NCBI GenBank assembly: GCA_037308085.1
Contig: CP147779.1
Coordinates: 1,952,001 to 2,016,000 of the forward strand
Reading direction: 5' to 3'
DNA: 64,000 nucleotides
DNA from: Promethearchaeati archaeon SRVP18_Atabeyarchaeia-1
Lineage (GTDB): Archaea; Asgardarchaeota; Atabeyarchaeia; Atabeyarchaeales; Atabeyarchaeaceae
Shown here: positions 31,124 to 40,564 of the stretch, one piece after another
Numbering within the stretch: position 1 is the stretch's first letter
Layout: every line of letters starts with the position of its first letter
Notes under the pieces: model-generated
The model's input: only the letters and a program-made list of their open reading frames with translations
Told to the model about the DNA's origin: nothing
Databases searched by the model: none
Program-made: the position numbers and the translations under genes

Positions 31124-32686
31124 ATGTCATGGATTGTAATAACTGAAGACAAAGGCAAGATTATGCTTGTCTCCAAGAGCAATCAGGATGACGCGGTCAA
31201 GGGGATACTGCACAGGGGATCATATCTAACCGTTGAAGATGGAGAAAAGAAATTCATCCTGAGGGTTGAGGACAGTTCTCAATTCAACCCATACTCGCCT
31301 TCCCCCATGGTAGTTGACATGGATCTGTCCCCACTCCTGCAAGATCAGAAATGTCAAAATGTAGTCTATGCGACCAAGATAGTAGAACATCCAGATCGTG
31401 ACGACGGAAGAAGCAGTTTCATAAGGCCGCAATTGCTGGCAAGAGTATCCAATCAGTCCGAAATCGACGCCGCCTTCGGTAACAATGAAGGAATTCCTGT
31501 CTTCCCAGCGACGACATTGGCAAGAAGCTGCAAACATCTGCGCGACGACAAAGGTAAACTCGTTCAAGTGAAGATACCGGAGGACGTGTTCTTCTACCAG
31601 ATGCTAGTGACAGGGAGTACGGGCTCAGGCAAGACAGTTGCAATGAAATACATGGCACAGTACTTTGTGGAAGAACTGAAACTGAACGGACGCGGGCCCG
31701 GAGCAGTACTTGCAGTGAACGTGAAAGAAGAGGACATGCTAACCATGGATAGGCCCAGTGAGTCTGGTAGCTCAGAAGTTATGAACGAATGGTCCGATCT
31801 TCATGTCAGTCCCCACGGAGTTGAGACTTTTAGAACCTATTATCCTGGCAACTTGACTCCGCGATACTCGAAGGCAGTTGACCTCGGTAAGTGTGAGAAG
31901 ATAACTCTTGAGACAGATCACATTGATCCCGAAACTCTTACCGGATTGATACAGAACATTACTGAATTGGGTGCCGATCAGCTACCCGCGATCTTTAGAT
32001 ATTGGAAGGAGAAAATCATGAAGCGCGGTGAGAAGCTGGGTGACTTCATCCGCTACTTCGCAGACCCAAACAAGAACAGGGACTACACTGCACTGAACAG
32101 TCGTGGCGAAGAACTACCCATAAGAATGCATCCTGGAACCTTTCAGAGTGTTCTGAATGCTCTGTCTAACGCAGCAGAGTACTTCGATGTCCGGGACGCA
32201 AAAGAACTGAACGCCAAAGATATCCTCGAGCCTGGCAAGATGTCGGTGATTGACGTAACTGCTAAGCATGGATTCGGATTCGGCGCAGTTCTCTTGAGAG
32301 ACCTGCTTGACAAGATCTTCGAAGCAAAAAGTCGCAGAGAAACCGAGGTCCCAGCCCTGATAATCATCGACGAGGTGCACGAATTCTACGGATCTGCGAG
32401 AAGCCGCGAAGCCTTGTATACCTTGGACGCCATCTGCAGAAAGGGTCGCAGCCTGGAAATTGGTGTGATATTTGCTTCCCAGAACCCAGAGGACATGCCA
32501 AAAGGTATCGTCAATGTTGTGAACACGAAAATCGGTTTCAAGTCAGATTCTCTTCGGGGAATCGATCCTGAGGCATTGAAGCCTGGCTACGGGATCGCAA
32601 AAGTTCACGGCTTGAGTCAGCTGAATTTCGTGAAGTTTCCACTGTCTTTGGGTGGTGTAAGTGATGGAAGAAGAGCGAATAGATGA
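31124..32686 (+). CDS. herA: HerA/FtsK-family ATPase with N-terminal HAS-barrel-like domain
   Basis: VTGSTGSGKT, IIIDEVH, RKGRS (Arg finger), ASQNP. Confidence 0.85.
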   Translation: MSWIVITEDKGKIMLVSKSNQDDAVKGILHRGSYLTVEDGEKKFILRVEDSSQFNPYSPSPMVVDMDLSPLLQDQKCQNVVYATKIVEHPDRDDGRSSFIRPQLLARVSNQSEIDAAFGNNEGIPVFPATTLARSCKHLRDDKGKLVQVKIPEDVFFYQMLVTGSTGSGKTVAMKYMAQYFVEELKLNGRGPGAVLAVNVKEEDMLTMDRPSESGSSEVMNEWSDLHVSPHGVETFRTYYPGNLTPRYSKAVDLGKCEKITLETDHIDPETLTGLIQNITELGADQLPAIFRYWKEKIMKRGEKLGDFIRYFADPNKNRDYTALNSRGEELPIRMHPGTFQSVLNALSNAAEYFDVRDAKELNAKDILEPGKMSVIDVTAKHGFGFGAVLLRDLLDKIFEAKSRRETEVPALIIIDEVHEFYGSARSREALYTLDAICRKGRSLEIGVIFASQNPEDMPKGIVNVVNTKIGFKSDSLRGIDPEALKPGYGIAKVHGLSQLNFVKFPLSLGGVSDGRRANR

Positions 32687-32792
32687 GGACATGGAAACCC
32701 TCCTGAAGAAACTCCTAACTGAGAAGGAATTCGAGGTTCTGAGAGACATTGTTCGGTCTCGCGGCGATTTCAAAGTTGAGGAGGGGGAGTAG
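32664..32792 (+). CDS. 42-aa acidic micropeptide between HerA and the SMC-like ATPase
   Basis: MEEERIDEDMETLLKKLLTEKEFEVLRDIVRSRGDFKVEEGE*; GGTGGTG SD; overlaps the herA stop. Confidence 0.6.
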   Translation: MEEERIDEDMETLLKKLLTEKEFEVLRDIVRSRGDFKVEEGE

Positions 32793-34856
32793 ACGTTTCA
32801 GATCAAGTACACGTACCAAAAAGGTGGCCCGCAATATTCGTGCGCATACCCAAACATCAAAGACTACCACAATAACATATTCATAGTCAAGGGAAGGAAC
32901 GATCAAGGAAAAAGCACTCTGATGCAGATGGTTGCCTTAGGTCTATATGGTCTAGACTCAGATGACATTGACAGCACACTCAAAGACAAGATGCGACGAC
33001 TCATATCGAGTGACACTGATATGTGTGAATTCGAATTCATAATCCAGAGTAGAGATGGCAACACCAGATTGGAGTCTAGCCTAAAGGATCATAAGATCTC
33101 GTTGTCTGAAAACGGCAAGGTGAAACCTCCGACCTACGTTCAAGATCACTTCAAAATACTTTTCGATGTCCCCGAAGAACCAACAAAGAAACTGATCTCT
33201 GCTTTAAGGTCAATAGATTATCACTTGGGCCAGTACGAGCTCTACGTTCAAAGATACAGAGGATGTATCAAGGAATCCCTCGACAAGATCGATGACTACG
33301 TGGATAAGGAGAACAGGCTTCAAGAGGAAGCGCAAGCGCTTGCCCTTAAGAACACTGAGCTTGGGAATCTTCAGAAAAGACTGGAAAGCGTGCAGGAAGA
33401 CTATTCTAAGATGGAGAAGGCATATGTGGTGGGCCTGCATAAGAGACTTTTCTACGATTTAACGGAGTTGGACAATCAGAAAGGGGAGCTAAACAAGCGC
33501 ATAAAACAGCTAAAGGAAGCTGGAGCCGGTGGAGGCAACAGGAAGTATGTCGAACGTTTGAAGATGTTTGGCGAGGTGCTGTCGACCCTTAAGCACTCGG
33601 TCAATACTTCGTCGTCTATCAATGATTTTCAGGATGAGGATGATAAAAAGCGCAACCTGTCCGTGGCCAAGGAAATCAATGACGTCTTTATGCCAAGAAA
33701 GATCAGCGATGAAAAGCAGAAGGGATGGAGGACTTTCTACGTTGACACCCTTAGAACCTTGGAGTCCAACCCATTGCAGAAGAAGAAGATGCCTGAGGAG
33801 GAACAGATAGAGCTGCTAGATCGGTTAATAGAGCTGCTCAAGGACTTTGTCAATATGAGCACAGAAATACCAGGAACTAACGGCAAGAATGTTAACGAGT
33901 TCTTGAAGGAGCTCGAATCAAGCAGGGGAAAATCGAAAAGCAGGATATCAGAGAAAGTCAGTCTGAATGAAGCGATAAAAGCCTGCAAGGAGATAATCGC
34001 AAACCTTGATACGTTTGCTGAAGTGACAGCGCAGATACCAAAAGAAGTTGCTGGAGAGGATGACCTTGATCAAGCCGATGAGGATCTTAAGAACGCAAAG
34101 AGAAAGTACGATAATAAGCTGAAGGAGTTCACCAACCTTCTTGGGCAGTATAATGCCATCCCGGAAAGAGAGAAGGTCGACCTACTGTCGACCAAAGAGC
34201 TTAGTGTTCATGATTACGAAAGCAAGAGAAAAGAGAAAACTGACCTGGATAGCAAGGTCAGGAACTGTCTCATAACTATAGAAAGCAAAAGGCAACTTGT
34301 TAATGATCTTTCAAAATCCAAGAAGCCTTCTGGCAGCCTCGACAAAGAAAAGCTAAAATCTGCATATGCTGCAACTGACGAGATTATGCGGAAAATCCAC
34401 TTGTGGAAGGACTACATAAGTTCGTTGGATCTTGAAAAGATGAGTTTCAAGAAGAGCCCTGATCTCGAAGCAGTCAAATTCTATGGCGCCCTTGGCGACT
34501 ACTTCGCCGATGTTCTAAAGGTCGTGTACTTCGAGAACAGGGGGTGGAATGTGCGGCAAATAGACTTCATGAATCGCCGTTACATTGTTGAAGCTAGAAG
34601 CCCGATAAGTTTCATCGATATCGGGACTGGGCACACTGCCCTAAACGCTCTACTAGCGAGAATGAAACAGGATTATGGCGGAAAGAAAAAGATCCTTCTC
34701 TTCGATGAGATAGGAATAATGGACGCTGGTAACATGGGCAGGCTACTGGAAGAAATAGGGAGACAGGTCAAAAGCAATGAAGTTCTATTCGCGTTGCTGA
34801 GTCAGGTCGATAATGAGCTCAACAGGCCGGAATTAGTACCTGTTAAACTCGAGTAG
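32793..34856 (+). CDS. SMC/Rad50-like ABC ATPase with long coiled coil (inferred ACG start)
   Basis: Walker A GRNDQGKST lies in frame upstream of the first ATG (32922). Signature-like IGTGH and Walker B LLFDEIG near the C-terminus; coiled-coil middle; no CxxC hook seen. Confidence 0.8.
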   Translation, partial: TFQIKYTYQKGGPQYSCAYPNIKDYHNNIFIVKGRNDQGKSTLMQMVALGLYGLDSDDIDSTLKDKMRRLISSDTDMCEFEFIIQSRDGNTRLESSLKDHKISLSENGKVKPPTYVQDHFKILFDVPEEPTKKLISALRSIDYHLGQYELYVQRYRGCIKESLDKIDDYVDKENRLQEEAQALALKNTELGNLQKRLESVQEDYSKMEKAYVVGLHKRLFYDLTELDNQKGELNKRIKQLKEAGAGGGNRKYVERLKMFGEVLSTLKHSVNTSSSINDFQDEDDKKRNLSVAKEINDVFMPRKISDEKQKGWRTFYVDTLRTLESNPLQKKKMPEEEQIELLDRLIELLKDFVNMSTEIPGTNGKNVNEFLKELESSRGKSKSRISEKVSLNEAIKACKEIIANLDTFAEVTAQIPKEVAGEDDLDQADEDLKNAKRKYDNKLKEFTNLLGQYNAIPEREKVDLLSTKELSVHDYESKRKEKTDLDSKVRNCLITIESKRQLVNDLSKSKKPSGSLDKEKLKSAYAATDEIMRKIHLWKDYISSLDLEKMSFKKSPDLEAVKFYGALGDYFADVLKVVYFENRGWNVRQIDFMNRRYIVEARSPISFIDIGTGHTALNALLARMKQDYGGKKKILLFDEIGIMDAGNMGRLLEEIGRQVKSNEVLFALLSQVDNELNRPELVPVKLE

Positions 34857-35762
34857 GTGATAACCATGAACGATTCAGGCATTTTGAGCGCGAATCAGAC
34901 CAGGGTGCTCGGGAAGTTGGTCTACAAAGGGAAAAACAGACCCAAGTCTAATCGTAAACTTGCCATTGGTCTGATCAAGAAAAAAAAGAAGAACCAGCAA
35001 GATTTCTACAAGTCTCTCTCCTTCCGTCAGAACGAAGCTAATCTACCCCAACATGAAATCGAAGAACTAGTAGCTAAGAACCTATTGAAGTTCATAAGCA
35101 GGAAAGACAAGCTACTCACGGTTACCTTGAAAGCGATGCTAGTTCTCGACTACGGAATCACAGACCTCTCGGGCAATATGGACGAGATGCTGAATGATTT
35201 TAACGAGGTCTTCTTCGAAGGAGTCATCAAGCTCTCCGATGAACCGCTAGAGGCCAGAGAGAAGGCGATTATATTGGGGCTGCTTGGCTTGGGGACAGTA
35301 TCAGAACAGTATTCTCTAAAGCCGGACAAAGAGAATCAAGAGGAACTCGGAAAATGCATTGATGACTTTGCCGTGAGCTTCATCAAGGAACTTGGCCCTG
35401 AATATGATGATGGAACCATCAAAGACCTGTGGCCGGGGGACGTAGTCGGCGAGGAGCCTGTGCTCGCACGTATGCGGAGAACAGATACTGTACAGGCCCG
35501 CACTGAAGGGGTATATAGGAAGAAGGAGGGCAGGCACTACCTGGACATACTGGCAGACGAGAAAATAGACGAGGCCAAACTGACATACCTATTTGAGAGG
35601 TTTTTCGACAAGAGACCCCTATCCTTTGAGGAAAAGAAGAAACTTGTCAAGGCCCTGGACGGCATCCAGGAACACGCGATTAGGCTAATCAGGAGCAACC
35701 CCCCATTCGATATGCTAGAGATTAGAAGACAGATCAGGCGCATCATAGAAAGTAAGCTCTGA
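34857..35762 (+). CDS. Hypothetical protein, possible N-terminal winged helix; last gene of the NurA-HerA-SMC operon
   Basis: Abuts the SMC stop; EIEELVAKNLL...LTVTLKA wHTH-like pattern. Confidence 0.7.
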   Translation: MITMNDSGILSANQTRVLGKLVYKGKNRPKSNRKLAIGLIKKKKKNQQDFYKSLSFRQNEANLPQHEIEELVAKNLLKFISRKDKLLTVTLKAMLVLDYGITDLSGNMDEMLNDFNEVFFEGVIKLSDEPLEAREKAIILGLLGLGTVSEQYSLKPDKENQEELGKCIDDFAVSFIKELGPEYDDGTIKDLWPGDVVGEEPVLARMRRTDTVQARTEGVYRKKEGRHYLDILADEKIDEAKLTYLFERFFDKRPLSFEEKKKLVKALDGIQEHAIRLIRSNPPFDMLEIRRQIRRIIESKL

Positions 35763-35872
35763 AAGGTTTCTACGATGATTACCACAACGTCTGCCTAGAT
35801 GAATATCTAGTTTGAAAAGCAAAGCTGGACTGATTCCAAGGATAGTGGTCCGGGCAAAGGTGATAGCGACGG

Positions 35873-36358
35873 ATGAGTGAAGCATCTACTGAAAAAACCA
35901 AGATCAGCTCGTCCGAGTTGCTGACGGCATTCATAATAGTCATCATGCTCTTGGGGCTTACCACGTATGAGGTCGCCAGAGCGAATTCAGCTATGGCTGA
36001 ACTGAGCGGCTTCATTAGCGCTGCAATTCTCGTAGTTGCTGGAATCATTCCACTAATTGGCGACATTTATCGCCGCCCATATATCTATTTCCTGATTTTG
36101 CCTGGTCCATATGTTGGCTCGTGGTGTCTGTCATGGAATTTTTGGTCTTTGTTCGAAATCTCTCCATTCTTAGCGGGAGTCTTAGCATCGGCTATCTCGT
36201 TGAGCCTGATTACTTCCGTTCATAGATTTTCGCGCAGACGAGGCTCCGTCAGCTCCGCCTTTGCATTCTCGGGCAAAGACGAGATTAAGCTGTCAAGCGT
36301 CCTCTTATTGTTCACGGGGTTATTTGCATTGGGAGAAGCTCGGAGGCTTAACACTTGA
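35873..36358 (+). CDS. Hypothetical integral membrane protein
   Basis: About five hydrophobic segments. Confidence 0.65.
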   Translation: MSEASTEKTKISSSELLTAFIIVIMLLGLTTYEVARANSAMAELSGFISAAILVVAGIIPLIGDIYRRPYIYFLILPGPYVGSWCLSWNFWSLFEISPFLAGVLASAISLSLITSVHRFSRRRGSVSSAFAFSGKDEIKLSSVLLLFTGLFALGEARRLNT

Positions 36359-36390
36359 GGTGGCCGCGCAGACAGAATTTTGACATCAGG

Positions 36391-36418
36391 ATTGCGTATA
36401 AGTCGGTTTTTGTGAGGG
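36391..36418 (+). other. dif-like Xer recombination site 1
   Basis: ATTGCGTATAA-GTCGGT-TTTTGTGAGGG (11-6-11). Confidence 0.65.
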
Positions 36419-36660
36419 ATCATCGTAACTCCCTGGAAGACAGATTTACGCCATTCATACGCTCCAGAAATTGCGCTAGTAAGTAGAGATTGTTCCCTCA
36501 GAGGGATCCAACTTGAATGGGTCCTCGAAGTACTCCACTGGAGTCTTTCCAGTCGACAGTTTGTGAGTTGCCGTTTTTGGGTAAGTTTTAAAAGGTTCAG
36601 AAAACCTCATAATATACGATTATCATCTTGGTTTTGGCGTTCCGTTTGTGGGGTGTGAGT

Positions 36661-38103
36661 ATGGTTTCGGGTCTTGTTATTGCGAAGGGCGAGACTGAGC
36701 TGGCTCTGCTGCCTTCGATGGCTAACAGGCATGGTCTGGTTGCAGGAGCCACGGGAACTGGAAAGACGGTGACCCTGCAGAAGATTGCTGAGAAGTTGAG
36801 TGGTATAGGAGTTCCAGTCTTCATGGCTGATGTAAAGGGAGACCTTTCAGGGATCAGCCAGGCAGGCGGCAGTAATCCGAAAGTTGAGGACAGGATAAAG
36901 ACTCTGCAAATCAAGGGTTTCACGTACGAGAGTTATCCTGTTGTTTTCTGGGACGTGTTTGGGCAGAGCGGCCATCCGATAAGGACCACAATAAGCGAAA
37001 TGGGGCCGCTGCTCATTAGCAGACTGCTGGGCCTCAATGATGTTCAGGAAGGCGTGCTCGCGACCGTCTTCAAGATTGCTGATGATAACGGATTGTTGCT
37101 CCTCGACTTGAAAGACCTCAGGTCTATGCTGCAAAATGTCGGGGACAATGCCAAGGTTTACACTACACAGTATGGGAACATTCCAACGGCAACCGTAGGC
37201 ACAATCCAGAGAGGGTTGCTTGAGCTTGAGCAGCAGGGCGGGGACAAGTTCTTCGGAGAGCCTGCTTTCGGTATAAACGATTTGATAAGGGTTGAGAACG
37301 GGAAAGGCGTTGTGAACGTACTGGCAGCAGACAAGCTCATAACCTCTCCAAAGGTCTACTCGACCTTCCTCCTCTATCTGCTGTCAGAGCTTTTCGAGCA
37401 GCTGCCGGAAATAGGAGATGTGGAAAAGCCAAAGCTTGTCTTCTTTTTTGATGAGGCGCACCTGCTTTTCAATGACGCGCCGAAGGCCCTGATTGAAAAA
37501 GTACAGCAGGTTGCCAGACTCATCAGGTCAAAGGGGGTTGGCGTCTACTTCATAAGCCAGAACCCCATGGACGTGCCTGAAATCGTTCTGGGGCAGTTGG
37601 GAAACAGGGTGCAGCACGCGCTCAGGGCATTCACGCCAATTGACCAGAAAGCGGTCTCTTCTGCAGCAAAGACCTTCCGGCCTAACCCGAAGATAAAGAT
37701 TGAGCAGGCAATCACTGAACTGGGTGTTGGGGAAGCGCTTGTCTCCTTCCTCGATGAGAAGGGCCAGCCAGGAATTGTCCAAAGGGCATTTGTTATCCCG
37801 CCAGGGAGTAGGATAGGCCCGATTACGCCGCAGGAGAGATCTGCCATCACTTCAAGGTCTGCTATGGCTGGGAAATACGAAAAGGCAATTGACAGGGAAT
37901 CCGCTTATGAGGTGCTACAGAGAAAGGCCCAGCAGGCTGCCCAGCAGGCTGCGAAGCCCGCAGCAAAGGCCGCTCCAAAAGGAAGGCAACAAAAGAGCGT
38001 TATGGATGCCGTGACCAAGAGCTTCGCTACCAGCGCGAGCCGGCAGGTTGGGAACCAGATAGTCCGAGGGCTACTTGGCTCCATTTTTGGGAAGAAGAGA
38101 TAA
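36661..38103 (+). CDS. DUF853/YjgR-family HerA-like ATPase
   Basis: [52 protein letters not shown]. Confidence 0.92.
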   Translation: MVSGLVIAKGETELALLPSMANRHGLVAGATGTGKTVTLQKIAEKLSGIGVPVFMADVKGDLSGISQAGGSNPKVEDRIKTLQIKGFTYESYPVVFWDVFGQSGHPIRTTISEMGPLLISRLLGLNDVQEGVLATVFKIADDNGLLLLDLKDLRSMLQNVGDNAKVYTTQYGNIPTATVGTIQRGLLELEQQGGDKFFGEPAFGINDLIRVENGKGVVNVLAADKLITSPKVYSTFLLYLLSELFEQLPEIGDVEKPKLVFFFDEAHLLFNDAPKALIEKVQQVARLIRSKGVGVYFISQNPMDVPEIVLGQLGNRVQHALRAFTPIDQKAVSSAAKTFRPNPKIKIEQAITELGVGEALVSFLDEKGQPGIVQRAFVIPPGSRIGPITPQERSAITSRSAMAGKYEKAIDRESAYEVLQRKAQQAAQQAAKPAAKAAPKGRQQKSVMDAVTKSFATSASRQVGNQIVRGLLGSIFGKKR

Positions 38104-38115
38104 TCCATAGGATCT

Positions 38116-38159
38116 GGGGCAAGGAGACACCCGTCTTCAAACCGGGTAGGAATTGCCCC
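38116..38159 (+). mobile_element. Solo IS605-type left-end hairpin (possibly acting as a terminator)
   Basis: GGGGCAAGGAGACACCCGTCTTCAAACCGGGTAGGAATTGCCCC parallels the left end at 3338-3380. Confidence 0.55.
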
Positions 38160-38330
38160 ACTCTCTCCGCGGATTTCCTAATCTCCGGAGATGACTTGCA
38201 TGTTTGCCGTCGCTTTTCCCGATCCAGAAAGACGTAGATGGGTCTAAGCTTCTTCTCGGTTCTCATGCACCAGTCCGATTTTCCTTCAAGGCTTCTCAGG
38301 TCATCGGCTTTTGCGTGGCTGGTAGCCGAG

Positions 38331-38358
38331 GATACGTATAAGTCGGCTTTTGTGCGGT
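38331..38358 (+). other. dif-like Xer recombination site 2
   Basis: GATACGTATAA-GTCGGC-TTTTGTGCGGT. Confidence 0.65.
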
Positions 38359-38532
38359 ACTCCCTGCATTTCAGAGTTGGCGTGCATCACCGAAAGTTCG
38401 GTCGAGAAAGCCAAACCAGACATCAAGGCACTGCAAAGGAGCGGCGCCGACTCGAGACGTAGCACGCGTCAGCCATTGCATCTTGAAAAAAGAAGTTGCA
38501 GCCGAGGGTATTGGCCCCCAGCTCTGAATTCT

Positions 38533-39966
38533 TCAGCCTTTGCGTTTCCGGATCAGCAATGCAGCGACTCCCATCGTTGCAAACCCAGCGACAAACCCGA
38601 CAGCGAGGCCGTAGATCGTTATGACTACTGGAACTCCAGCCGTTCCCGGAACATACGTGCTGTTGAACAGCTCTCCGATCTGTCCGCTTCGATATTCAGT
38701 GAACCAGACATGATATGGATTGCCTGACTGGATATCTATAGACAGAGGCAGCGCTTGTGCAGTCGGAACTGTGTATAGGAGGATCGTTCCGGTGAATGTC
38801 GGCGATGGTCCGGGCTGAATTACTCCTATGTGGTTGTAGAGCGGCTCTGTAAACCACGCGTAGCCATCGGCGCTGGCGGCTATGTCCCACGGTCTAGCTG
38901 GCGGCGGAACATAGCCTACTGCCGTCACGGTGGTCGGAATACTCCATACAACAAAAGGATCGCCTGTAACATTGAGTGGACCAGCGAACGCAGTGGGCGC
39001 TACTGCAGCGAACTGGATGGTAATATTCAGTGTCTTAGGATTCAAAGTCGCAGGTTCTAGTGGTAGAGTTGCCGTAGTCATCGATATGCTATAGGAGGAC
39101 TTGTTTGCGCTGCCGGCAAGCTGCTCATCGACCAGTGAGCTGAGCGGCTGAGTAACCCAAACATTATCTGCTGTATCGACATCCAAATCCCATGTATACC
39201 CTGGTTTAGTCAAAGGATAACTCAGAGCACTCGGCGCTAGAGGTAAGGGTATCTCATAGAGTCTGTCATACATGATATCTGTTATGAAGAGGCAGGTTCC
39301 GTTAGTCGTTATCCTCGTCGGGAAAGCAGCCGAAGAGCCCGTTGGCAACTTCATTGTATACATGAAAAGTGCACCAGTGGCCGGCACCAATTGGTAGAAT
39401 TGTGTTCTGTTGATGCCTGTAAACCAGACACTCCCTGACTGCAGAACAAGGTCTAGCGGCTTTACGTTAAGGTTCACCAAGCTGTAGTCAACCAGCTGGC
39501 CTGTGACCCAATTCAAGCTGCTGATCATAAAGCTCGTCGGGTTAGTGAACCATACCACTTTTTGCGTCTCATTTACTTTGATGTAGAGTGGAGATCGTTT
39601 CAAACCAGTATCAGGGAGTACCCATTCCTTAGCGGTCGTCGAAGTCTGGGTATCCGTGGTCGCGGGAGTCAATTGGTAGACGACGTCCCTTGCGATGTCG
39701 GTCACCCAGCTATAACCATTGGAGTCGTAGGCAATACCGAAAGGCGTGCGGGCAGGGCCAAGGTATGCTATAGTAGTAAGCGGTATAGCCGGCAGAAGAT
39801 ATTCCCGAATCAGCGTGGTCAGGGGAGGATCCGGGGACCGCTGCACTGATGGCATCTGTGTCACACTTGCACCAGGAACACTAGTTGTCGCTGACTGCGG
39901 CAATACGAAGATGCTGATAGATAGGAGAAGAACAAGCATTACGCAGAAAGAATTCCTCGTTGACAT
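38533..39966 (-). CDS. Secreted Vgb-like beta-propeller protein with C-terminal TM anchor
   Basis: Signal peptide; repeated PxxI...VWFT units; C-terminal TM helix followed by RKRKG. Confidence 0.8.
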   Translation of the reverse strand: MSTRNSFCVMLVLLLSISIFVLPQSATTSVPGASVTQMPSVQRSPDPPLTTLIREYLLPAIPLTTIAYLGPARTPFGIAYDSNGYSWVTDIARDVVYQLTPATTDTQTSTTAKEWVLPDTGLKRSPLYIKVNETQKVVWFTNPTSFMISSLNWVTGQLVDYSLVNLNVKPLDLVLQSGSVWFTGINRTQFYQLVPATGALFMYTMKLPTGSSAAFPTRITTNGTCLFITDIMYDRLYEIPLPLAPSALSYPLTKPGYTWDLDVDTADNVWVTQPLSSLVDEQLAGSANKSSYSISMTTATLPLEPATLNPKTLNITIQFAAVAPTAFAGPLNVTGDPFVVWSIPTTVTAVGYVPPPARPWDIAASADGYAWFTEPLYNHIGVIQPGPSPTFTGTILLYTVPTAQALPLSIDIQSGNPYHVWFTEYRSGQIGELFNSTYVPGTAGVPVVITIYGLAVGFVAGFATMGVAALLIRKRKG

Positions 39967-40393
39967 CTCCCACGTTTCACTCCTTGCTCCCTCAGTTTCT
40001 TTACAGATAGTCCGTATATATGATCAATACTAGTATATATCCACCCTCCCCCCCGGGCGGAAGTGTTAAGTGAAGGATGAGCAGAGTTTCAAGGTCTTCA
40101 AAGAACTCAGGAAGACCCCGCACGTTGTTCTCAGAGACGAGGAGAGAAAGCTAGTCGACATACTGAGTAAGGAACTGAGGCTTAATCGACTTTCGGTGTA
40201 GTTTGCTTGGTGCATCAGATCCAGTCCGAGATTAGATTCATGCGTGATCGTAAGAGGGTCCTCTCGTGAGAAATTACACATTTCGAAAATACAGCGGCCA
40301 ACGCGGATCTTCGCATCCACTGTCAAAATAGCTAGCATTGCGGACCCTCAAGGCATCTTTATATCCCATTTTTCTGCCGAACTTGAGACGTAC

Positions 40394-40421
40394 ACTGCAT
40401 ATAACTCGGCTTATGTGAAGC
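40394..40421 (+). other. dif-like Xer recombination site 3
   Basis: ACTGCATATAA-CTCGGC-TTATGTGAAGC. Confidence 0.72.
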
Positions 40422-40564
40422 CAACCCCGCTATTCCAAGCCTGCTTAGCATTAGGGTGACAGCTTGCGAACACACTCATTACTGTCATATCAGATTGATT
40501 ATCCGGATGCGTCGTCGGCCTGCATGGTATAGCTTAGCGCGCGAAAACGAAAGAGGCGGGTTTG

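Noticed and set aside
32790-32792. Pyrrolysine recoding of the in-frame TAG
   Set aside because: No pyl genes in the window and many TAGs are clear stops; the SD directly before ACG favours a separate start.
30087-34856. Canonical herA-mre11-rad50-nurA repair operon
   Set aside because: No Mre11, different gene order, no Rad50 zinc hook, a divergent signature motif and an island context.
40070-40201. 43-aa ORF (M)KDEQSFKVFKELRKTPH...
   Set aside because: It looks protein-like but is too short to support; probably a gene fragment.
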